A stretch of 64,000 nucleotides of DNA from the NCBI GenBank assembly GCA_964106645.2, contig OZ067038.1; one strand, written 5' to 3'. The translations under genes and the position numbers were made by a program. Shown here in pieces: positions 1 to 10,200 of this stretch (its first letter is position 1; the number at the start of each line of letters is the position of its first letter). The notes below the pieces were generated by a model that saw only the letters and a list, made by a program, of their open reading frames with translations, made no database searches and was not told the DNA's origin. The stretch is from Podarcis pityusensis (lineage: Eukaryota).

Positions 1-246
1 CCTGGGTAGCCTGGCCAGTCTTTTGTAATGATAAATACTTAGTTCCTGGGCCATGTCACAGGCTCACACCCTATTCATATCTTAAATGTGCCCTTAAGAC
101 AGGATTTGTGAGGAAAGAGACAATGGGGAGGTTTCCCACTTTGACCTTGCAGAGGAAACATTTGCTCAGTTTAGGAATCAAAATGGTTCCAGGTCGGTCT
201 TCCTGTGCTGATCTAGGTACGTGCTTGGTTAGTACATTTATGAACA
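1..246 (-). mobile_element. LTR fragment (5' part, cut by window edge), same family as solo LTR at 60534-61207
   Basis: Reverse complement of 60534-60778 with about 8 differences by eye; ends at the TG terminus (plus strand ...tgaaca at 246). Confidence 0.75.
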
Positions 247-939
247 TTTCCGTACATCTAAGACCTCAAAATTCCTATCGCACCCTTCACCTTAGTTGCT
301 TCCAGAGTCCAAGATGCCGCACAAGGACAGTCAGGTCCAGCCACTCACGATTTTGCGCCATATTATACTATATAATAAGAATAATTATTATTACTTAACA
401 TTTTCAATAGGAAAGGCGGGGAGCGGGCATGTCAGAAAACTATAATTGCAAAATAACTTTCAAAAGCTGCTCTTGGAAATATTTGACATCAAGGTTGTAA
501 ACCTGTAGCTAATTTCCTGGGAGTGAGCCCCATAGAACTCACTGAGATTTACCGTACTTCTGTTCTGAGTTTGTATAGGCATGTGTAGGTATGTACAGGT
601 TTGGTCCTTAATATGCATAACAGTTTAAAAGATTTTTTTAAAATCATTTTTTATACCTCATAGTAATAGAGATATATGATCCCTGGTTTGAAAAAGACAT
701 TGCAGGAAGTGTCTCCCTTCCTGCTTCTAATGGCTCCCCCTCAAGGCCGCTCCAAAACATTTTGCTGCTGAGACAAAAGTCAAAATGGTGCTCTCCCCCA
801 ACCATGCCTCATTCAATAAATGAAATTGTGTGGTGTTTCCTGTGTGCCTGGTGCCAGAGCAGGCAGGCTCTGAGCATATTCAGAGTGCCTCACCACAAGA
901 AAATAAATATGCAGTTATGAAGCTGACTACATTGCACAA

Positions 940-1313
940 GAATTGATGCTTTTGAATTCTGGTGCTGGAGGAGACTCTTGAGAGTCCCATGGACTGCAAG
1001 AAGATCAAACCTCTCCATTCTGAAGGAAATCAGCCCTGAGTGCTCACTGGAAGGACAGATCCTGAAGCTGAGGCTCCAATACTTTGGCCACCTCATGAGA
1101 AGAGAAGACTCCCTGGAAAAGACCCTGATGTTGGGAAAGATGGAGGGCACAAGGAGAAGGGGACGACAGAGGACGAGATGATTAGACAGTGTTCTCGAAG
1201 CTACGAACATGAGTTTGACCAAACTGCGGGAGGCAGTGGAAGACAGGAGTGCCTGGCGTGCTCTGATCCATGGGGTCATGAAGAGTCGGACACGACTAAA
1301 CGACTAAACAACA
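940..1313 (+). mobile_element. Bov-B (RTE LINE) 5'-truncated 3' fragment
   Basis: Encodes RVPWTARRSNLSILKEISPECSLEGQILKLRLQYFGHLMRREDSLEKTLMLGK (Bov-B ORF C-terminus); (caa)n tail; TSD acattgcacaa/acatcgcacaa at 929-939 and 1314-1324. Confidence 0.9.
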
Positions 1314-1833
1314 ACATCGCACAATGGAGGAAGCCTCTGGGTATCCTTTGCTGTTGGGCTTCCAGTATATCAATAAACTCACAGGAGGGAGAAAGAAGTA
1401 TAATGGGGTATTGAAAGGCGTGGGGGCAAATAAACTAACGTACACTAGCCAGAAGACACCCCCCTGTATGTGTGTGTGAACAATTTCACAATTGTAAGTC
1501 GCTTTGGTTTGCCCTGAGCAAGATAAAGTGATTAACAAGTTCAATAAATAAATAATAAATAATAATAACTGTTTGTGCTGCCTATATAGCATGCAGGTAT
1601 GGACGCTTGCAAAGTGATGTCTAAAAAAGTTCTGTTAGAGAGGAAAAAACTAAACTACAGTGATTCAATGGCTGAAGTATGTACAGAGCGATATAAACTC
1701 GTACCTCACATGTTTCAATGCACTGTAGCTTTCCTCTCATTAAAACAAGTTTTATATTGGTTGATTTTCCTTTCTTTTCTAATATGAAATTGCACATAAG
1801 AATATCCCTTCTGTTTCTCTCTCTCATTTTTAG

Positions 1834-1887
1834 ATTCCAAAGGACAAGCCTGGGACCTATAAACCATGGGCTATTGAAGTAGACTAA
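1834..1887 (+). CDS. Terminal coding exon of an aldehyde oxidase (AOX family; paralog not resolved; rest of gene upstream of window)
   Basis: Polypyrimidine tract and AG at 1832-1833, then IPKDKPGTYKPWAIEVD*, resembling the AOX C-terminus (human AOX1 IPRDEPGSYVPWNVPI). The AOX cluster lies just upstream of BZW1 in amniotes. Confidence 0.75.
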   Translation: MPKDKPGTYKPWAIEVD

Positions 1888-3879
1888 CGTCCTGGTTTTC
1901 CGCCAAAGTTTTTCGCTTTTGTATGTTCTTCCTCATCAGAAGAGCCGTCGTAGTTTAATCACACACCAGAAGGACAATGATATTAATTTCAGTTGTGCAA
2001 GATTTAAAAAAATTATATTGATGTACGAAAACAAATCTGTGAATTTCAGCAGGCGTATAATCAAGCATAGGCGTCGTATAAGGGATAAGAAAATTTAATT
2101 CCAAACTGTGAGAATTAGCAACTGTATATCTACATCTGTGATTTGTGTTCATGTTGTATTGTAATGTAATGGCCATTGACATCTACATCTGTAACTGTAG
2201 GCATATAAAATGTTGTAATTAGGTGACTGCCTACCAGGCACACAGATACACCTCAGCTTTTATCCAGAGGAATTAGAGAGGGCTGAGATTGTTGGCTTGC
2301 GCTTTGAGGATCACGTGGGTGTAGGGAGAATCATTTAGTAAATGTTAGGGCACAGGGGAGAGTGCTGAAGTACTCATTTGGCTTATACATTCTGTCCCTT
2401 GCCAGTTAAGCAGACCTTCTCCTGGAACTTGCCCAGACTTGGTATTCAATTACCGTAACCTTTACTCAGAGTAGACCCACATAGCATAGTTGAGGAAACT
2501 GAAAACTGTCATCAGCAGAAAGTGACCACGTGTTGCCAAGGTGCGCTGTGGAGGCGGGCAAATTTTACTTGCAAAATAGGAACATCTCTGGACTCCATTG
2601 CAAGGCTGTCATAAGCCACTGGTCTTTTCCTCAACCTGAACATGCCTGTGGGGGTGGTATCAGACCCATAAAAAGGGAAGCAGTTAGCTGGTAAAATAAT
2701 GGTCAAGTACTTTTAAAGCATTAACTTTAATCATTTATTATCCTGTTGATGATCACCTTTGCTCGCATGATGATTTGAGAACTATTGTTTTCAAGAGATC
2801 TGACACATATGCTAATTAAAAAAAATTAAAAATTGTTATTATGAAACTGTATGAGTCACAATGAATTACTTATTTCATTTTTGTATTTTGCTGTTTCCCC
2901 AAGGAGTCCAGAGCAGCCTACATAAGCTCTCCTCACCTCCACACCCCTCCCCAGGTTTTTAATTTTTCCCTCACAGCACTCAAGAGTCAGGCTAGGCTAA
3001 GTATATGAGATTCACCAGGCATCACCTAATGGGCTCCATGGCCAAGTAAGGATTTAAACCAGGGCCTCCCTGTCTTTGACCTTGCCAGTCAATTTCCTAG
3101 TCAGTGCTTGTGTAGTTTATGGCTTTGCAGTTACTGCCATAGAATTTGCTACCCTGCACGGTTTTCTCTCGAATGTTGCATTATCCGTATATCTTAGGGA
3201 AGTTCACAACATAAAAACACAAGATTTTAAAAAATAATAAAGGCAATAGCAAAGCAAAGCATTACCCCCCCCTCGCCCTACAGAGCAGCATTCTCAGAAC
3301 ATGAGATACCTTGCCACGATCAAGTAATAATGCATTTCAGCTTGACACAACTTGGCCAGGCCATTGGTTGGTGTGCCAACCGTAAGGATATCACCACCTG
3401 ACTACAGACCAGGGTTGTTGTAACCCAATTTCGGCTCCAGCCCCTGTAATGAAGGCATGAGTGATCTGTCTCGAATCCTGTACCCCACCTGCAACACGGG
3501 AATAATTATTAATGATGATGATGGACAGTGCCGGAAGCGCCAGATAATTTACGATTTCCTCACACTAGAAAACCCGACTGCGTTTAAAAGCAAATGAACC
3601 TTTGCATATTTTCCCTTCCCCCTTTTTCCTTTGGCTGATGGAATCCGCTGCCACCAAATCACTGTAGAGTTGGAAGGGGTACCCAGGGTCATCTAGTCCA
3701 ACCCCCCCTGCAATGCAGGAATCTCAAGTAGACCATACATATAGAAACGCGGAAACAATAAAAGTCATAAGCACCATTTATTTATTTTGCAAGCTCTCAT
3801 TGTTGCGAGACAGACAGACAGACGAAACTTCAAAAGCAAACCAGAAAGTCTGGGCTGCTTCCTCTTACGGTGATAACCA

Positions 3880-5100
3880 CCTGGGCTCCACCGCCGCTTC
3901 AGTCCCCCTACTTCGGCTCAATGGATTGCGCCACGAAGTATCCCGGCCATTCCCGGAAAAGAACGAACCTGGACGCGTCCACTTAGGGAGGGGAGGTGGA
4001 AGAGGAGAGCAGAGTCTCGTTTCAAACCCCGCCCAAGGGAAAGCAGCCCATTGCTACGTGACGTAGTTCGGAAGGGGGCGAGCTGGACGAGCCCATTTCC
4101 GAAATAAACGGGGGTAGGGTAAAACAAACACATTTGCTTCATTTTTAACTTGAACTCCCTCTCTGTATGAGGAAATAATCAACCCCCCACAATAATAAAA
4201 CAAAACCCTTTAGGGCCAGCCGGCGTCACGCACTCGACCCTCAGCACGACGCGCTTCTCTTCTCTCTCCCCCCTCCCCCCACTGTGTGACGGCTGTGAAT
4301 AATAGTTCCTTCCCAGCAGGCCTCTCCTCTCTCCTGCCCGTCACCCGCGTGTTCTCGCGTGGTTTCCTCTCCTCGCGGGGGAGGTTGTGTGGGGAGGGGG
4401 AGTAGAAGAGGAAAAGGGGTGGAGACTTGAAGCCGCTTCAGACCGCCCGCCTTCTCCGTCCTCCGTCGCGCCGCTTAGTCAAGCTCGTGCTCCTTGGACG
4501 TTCCTTTCCTGCCTTAAAAGTCGGTGAGGCCCGAGGCGCGCGGCGGGATTGATAGCATGGGGGTGGGTGGGGAGAGAACGCGGCTTGGCGGGCGCTGATT
4601 GGGCGGGGAGCGCGGCGCGAGGCTGGCCCGTAACGGCCGCGCTGGCAGGGCCGGTTGCTGGGCCTGCTTCTCCCCTCCTTCTCCTCCCCCCTCCTTTCCC
4701 TTCACTCGCCCGCGCCCTCTGGCCCGGCCCGGCCTGGCGGGTAACAAAGCGGCGGCCTCTGTTGGGCAGTGACGCCGCTGAGGGAGGGAGGGGACGCGGC
4801 TGTGGCGGTGGCCGGGAGGGGCAGCAGCGCGGGACTCAAGCCTAGCCGGGGCGGCGGCGCTAGCGGGAGACTTCCCCCTTCCCTTCCTTTCCGGGGCCAT
4901 CGCTTCCAGCTCCTGCAGCGGCCGCCTCCGCCCGGAGGGCTCGGTGGGTAGGCCGTGAGGGAGGGAAGGAGGAGGGCGCCTCGGGTCGGCTGAGGGAAGA
5001 GTCTTCCGGGAAAAGGCCCGTTTCCGGCCCAGGCAGCGGCACGAGGCGGGGCACCCCCCCCCCACAACTACACAAAAAATACGTACACACGGCCTACCCG
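3880..5100 (+). promoter_or_regulatory. BZW1: CpG-island promoter of BZW1 with non-coding exon 1 (probable donor g|gtgagg after 4523)
   Basis: High GC and CpG density, GC boxes, CRE-like motifs (4054-4066), donor at 4524; the next exon (7226) carries the AUG. TSS not determinable. Confidence 0.75.
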
Positions 5101-7235
5101 TGTTTGTAGATGGGGGGTGAAGGGTGGGGACACCTCCCGGGGCTGAGTGGGTGGAGCCTGGGGGGAAGGAGGAGGAGGGGACTCAACGTTTGGCGATTGC
5201 ATTTTGAAAAGAATTTCTCTTTTTAAAAAAATAATAATAATTTTTATTAAGTTTTCCATTTTAATAATCCAATCGCATCACATTGAATATTCCAGATTGT
5301 ACAAATACATATCATAAAGTCCAAATATTTTGCCAAATTATAATTTTTTGTTGGGGGTTCCCATGCTTCAAGTTCAGTAGGGTCCAATCATCTCATGTTT
5401 CTACTGCCTTGAGTGTCAGAATTTCTCAGCCTTTTTGCTTCAGTGCAAGATGATTAGCTGGCACGTTTTCCAAAATCTGTATGCGCTCGTGACTCTTGGT
5501 GGTGGATTTTTTTTTGGGAGAGACCATGGTGGGGAAAGGAGGAGTTTTAAATACCACGAGGATGGGTGAAATGAGCCCTGTGGATAAAACAGCTTTTTGC
5601 ATCCCCCCCCCCTGCATTTTTTGCAAAAGTGTGAAGGGCATCTTAAGTTATTTTCCTTCTCCCCTGGCACCCTGAATTGATACTCTGTCCTGATGTAACA
5701 TTATTCCAAGGCACATGCGATTGGGGGGGGGGGCTTTCCCCTAGCTAAGCAGTAGCCATGGGGTTGCTGGTAAGTTTGGTCCCCTCAAAATCCAAGCCCT
5801 GCCACCCCAAAAACGAGAAAGAGGATAGCTAGTTTCAGTCTGGTTATGCTATATGCTCCCGGAATGCATTCAGGAATTTTGAGAAATTTTGGCCCATCCC
5901 CAAAACTTCATTCACACCCCAATACCTAGAAACATGCCGGAGGAATGTTGGCCCTGCCTTTTGTTTTATAGACAGCTATGATTTTTTGGAAGAGCAGGTA
6001 CTGTAATCCTAAGCGCACCTGCTCAGAATCATCCCATTTTGTTCAGGTGCAGTTAGTTCCAGGGAAGTGTTCATAGGACTACAGCCTTGTTGGGGTATAC
6101 AGAGGACCACAAATGCCCCTTTAAAATACCCCTCTCGTTCTTGCTTACAGTTTAATCTGGAATGGACAGGGCTTTAAACATTGTGATACTCTTGCTGCTC
6201 CGCCTGCCCCCCCAACCCCTCCCTTTTCCCATGAAGCCTTAAATGCAGTTCATGCTTTTGCTTTTTTGTGTTAAGGCTGGATTCTATACATGCAATTAAT
6301 ACGTTTGGACTGAGAGCCTTTCTTTTTACTTATAATTATGAAGTCGAGGTGTGAGGACATAGCCACGTACCCCTTGGCTATCTTGATACATTCATCTTAT
6401 GATTCATCTCACTGCAGGCAGTGTCAGGCAACTGGATCTAACCAACTTAAAATCTATCACAGTGCCCCTAGCCTAGTGTTGCTGTGGGGCATTGCACTGA
6501 AATAAAAAGATTGCTGCACCATTTAGCCAGCAGTGCTTGGAGCCCACTGACATAGGAAAGGGCCCACAAGAGAACACTTTATCAAGGAGCTAGTCCTGAC
6601 TTAATTATGGCCTTACTTAATTTTAGGCAGAGTACTGGTAAAAATCATGCGGTTGGAAGTCCCCCGATTCCAAGTTAAGGTTGACCCCAAGTTCATTAAT
6701 AGGCCTTTATAGTCTCTTGGTCTCAGCCCCAGCGCTCTGCTGTGTTGATAACTGCTGGTCCAGTATCAACTACTCACCTCAGAAGTCAAACTATTTGCTC
6801 TTCAAACCATAGATTCAGATCATGGCAATGCTTGATTTGTTCTAACCATACTGTAGTTGGTTCAATTTAGATCTTAGGGAAAACTGTGGTAAGAACCAAC
6901 TGGGAAAGGGAGAAGGGAATTCTTATGCAAGGGGGGAAAGGAGGAAGAAAAACGCAGCATGTTTCTAATCTCTCAGCCCAGATTTATTCAATTTAGGCAT
7001 CATAGAACCTGAAGTCTGTTATATATTTTGAAACCTAGGAAAAGGTTTGTAAACACTTAATGTTTCCAAATGTTAAAGTAGAAAAAAATAGTTAGGAAAC
7101 CATTAAGATGCATTTTTAGGATGTTGCCAATAGCTAGCTGGCAGGTGCTTAACTGAAGTCTTCCCAAACTCTTAGGGATGATCTGTTTAACTGATACATC
7201 TTGAAAATTTTGTTTCTTTCCATAGGGTGTCTTTT

Positions 7236-10200
7236 ATGAATAATCAAAAGCAGCAAAAGCCAACGCTATCAGGCCAGCGTTTTAAAACTAGGAAAAGAGG
7301 TAAGCTAATTATATGTATGCTTAAATTGTTTCTGTCTAATACAGTTGGACATCTGAGAGAAAGTTTGCTTGTGGTCTGTATTGTGTGTGTTTTTGCGCGC
7401 GCGCGCGCGCACACACACACACACACACACAGAGAAAGCTGCATTGACAGTTTGGTGGAAAGTCTTTAGGATTGATCTTTGATCAACTATACCTTCTTTA
7501 TATTAAGGCAGCTATGTCTTATATATAACACAACAGTGAGAGTAGTGTCAATATCCTTGTTGTTGTTTTCTTCACTTATCACCTGCTTTTAAAATAAAAA
7601 TATTTGTTTTAAACAAAAATATACTTTGACCTAAAATCTTAATTTTATTAAAGCCAGTGAACTAATGAACCCATTCTCCTTTGTCTCCCAGTGATAGGTT
7701 TTTAGTCTGTTTAAAAATCAGATTGCAGCCTTTGATTTATCTGACACACTGATGGTCTCACATACTGAGCTTGAACAAAATTGTTCACTGCGAGTTGTAT
7801 CCAGCAGCATCCTAGCATGAGTGAAATAGACTTATGCCCATGCAGCAGGACTTCCCCCTTCCTCTCTGTCTAATCCTGTATGCACCCTTCCGCACCTGTC
7901 CTTCACCCAAGGATCACAGGGTGGTTTACAATATCAGATAGTATAAAACCACTAAAATACATACCATAGTAACAAACAAAAAACAACAATCTACACACAG
8001 TTTAGAAGGCCATAGATTGGCTCATTAGCCAAAGGCCTGGGAAAAGCAGCAGCAATGGATGCAGAAGTAGCCCTAACCCGGGTATCTGTTCCTCCAGAGA
8101 GAATGTAATCCCATCAAGACCAGGCAACCTCCTATCCATCCAGTCAAGAGAACCACCCACTAACAGTACCTCAATCTTATCTGGATTGAGTTTTAGTTTC
8201 TGGCTCTCATCCAGTCCATTATCTAGGCAAGACAATGGTCCAACACATCCACTGCCACAGCTGCAGATGTAAAGGAGAAGAAGAGCTGTGTGTCGTTAGC
8301 ATATTGCTGGCAACATACTCTAAAACTCCAGATAACCCCACTCAGCTGGTTCATGTAGATGTTAAATACTAGGGGGAATACAATCGAACCCTGAGAAACC
8401 CTACATTGAAGGCTCCATGGAGCCATATGGTATTTCTACCCATGGATTCAAATTTTCATGGTTCTTTAATGCTTGGCTTTAGGAGAGATGTTTGTTTTAG
8501 ATGGGTAGGTGCTATATTTAACTTTTCTTCAAGCCAGTCAACTACGAGCTTTCAAAGGTGTTATGGCTAGGAAAGGGCCTTAATTTTGCCTCTGCACAGG
8601 GCGTATATCTCTTGCTTGCTACTATGACATATAAATAGTTCAGCCAAGTTGCTATGTGGCATGCCAGAAAGCACAGGAATACTAACTTGTGGGTAGTAAT
8701 TATGTAAAGGAGTGTTTGTCTGTTCAGTGTTTCTTCAGGAAAAGGAGAGAAAAGTGTAGCTTTAATGAATTCTAAAGTGAAATGTTGTTATTTTAAAGAT
8801 TATTTTTGTATGGTTTCAGTTAAATGACTTGTGAAGGTGAAAGCAAATCTTGATCCTATGACTTAAAAGATATAGCACATGAACTTCTGTGCCAGCATAA
8901 AAACATCACAAAATTGATTATTGTCATTGAGCCAGAACCCTGAATCTAATACTTAGAGTTGGGATAGGTCCATGATACGAGGTCTTATTTGAACTCATTT
9001 CTGTAATCCACGTTCAATTTTATGGTGGACATTCCAGCTTTTTTGTTTTGTTTTTGTTAAACCTTTGAAACTGAAGGAGCTGCACACTTCATGTCAGGAT
9101 GTTCTAGGGAAAAGAGTGTAATCTGCTGTTTAGTACTGCTCTGCTCAAATAAGTGAGAAAGAATGAAACTGAACTGAGTGAAAAAGGTGGAATTCCAATA
9201 AACAAATTAGTAGGTGGGAGTGGGATCCGGAAGCAGAAATAGATAAGTACGGTCTTGATCTGCTGAAACATGGTGGGTGAGCTGGAGTGCACACATGACA
9301 TAATACTGTGGTACAGTGGTGCCTCGCAAGACGAAATCCAGTTACAGATGGGTAGCCGTGTTGGTCTGCCATAGTCGAAGTAAAAAATTCTTTCCTGTAG
9401 CACCTTAAAGACCAACTAAGTTAGTTCTTGGTATAAGCTTTCGTGTGCATGCACACTTCTTCAGATACACTGAAACAGAAGTTACCAGATCCTTCTATAT
9501 ATTGAGAAGGTGGGGAGGGGTATTACTTAGAAGGGTGGTGGGAATCGGAGATTGGCAGATAGCTGAGATGAGCCTGTTGACGACTCTTAACGACTGTAAT
9601 AGGTCTTACAGGAAAAGGCAAGGGGTGAGAAGGTGAGAAATGGCTTAGTCATGTATAATGAGATAAGAATCCGATGTCTCTGTTCAGACCAGGTTTCTCT
9701 ATTGTTTTAAGTTTGGTAATGAGTTGTAATTCAGCAGCTTCTCTTTCCAGTCTATTTCTGAAATTCCTTTGTAGTAAAACAGCTACTTTGAGATCTTGTA
9801 TAGAATGTCCTGGGAGATTGAAGTGTTCTCCTACTGGTTTCTCTGTTTTGTGATTCTTGATGTCAGATTTATGTCCGTTTATTCTTTGGCGTAAGGTTTG
9901 GCCTGTTTGTCCAATATAGAGAGCTGAAGGACACTGTTGGCATTTGATGGCATACACAATGTTAGACGATGAGCAATTAAATAGTCCCGAGATGGTATGT
10001 GTGATGTTGTTGGGGCCAGTAATGGTGTTGTCCGGGTGTATGTGGCAGCAAAGTTGGCATCTGGGTTTATTGCAGGCTCTGGTGCCAGTGTCCGTGTTAA
10101 GTCTGGTTGTAGTATTATTGTGGGTTAGGAGTTGTTTAAGATTGGGTGGCTGTCTGTAGGCAATGAAAGGTCTTCCTCCCAGAGCTTGAGAAAGAGAACT

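Noticed and set aside
4514-5090. Several 60-183 aa ORFs on both strands
   Set aside because: Artefacts of the GC-rich BZW1 CpG island; low-complexity Pro/Arg/Gly, no recognisable domain.
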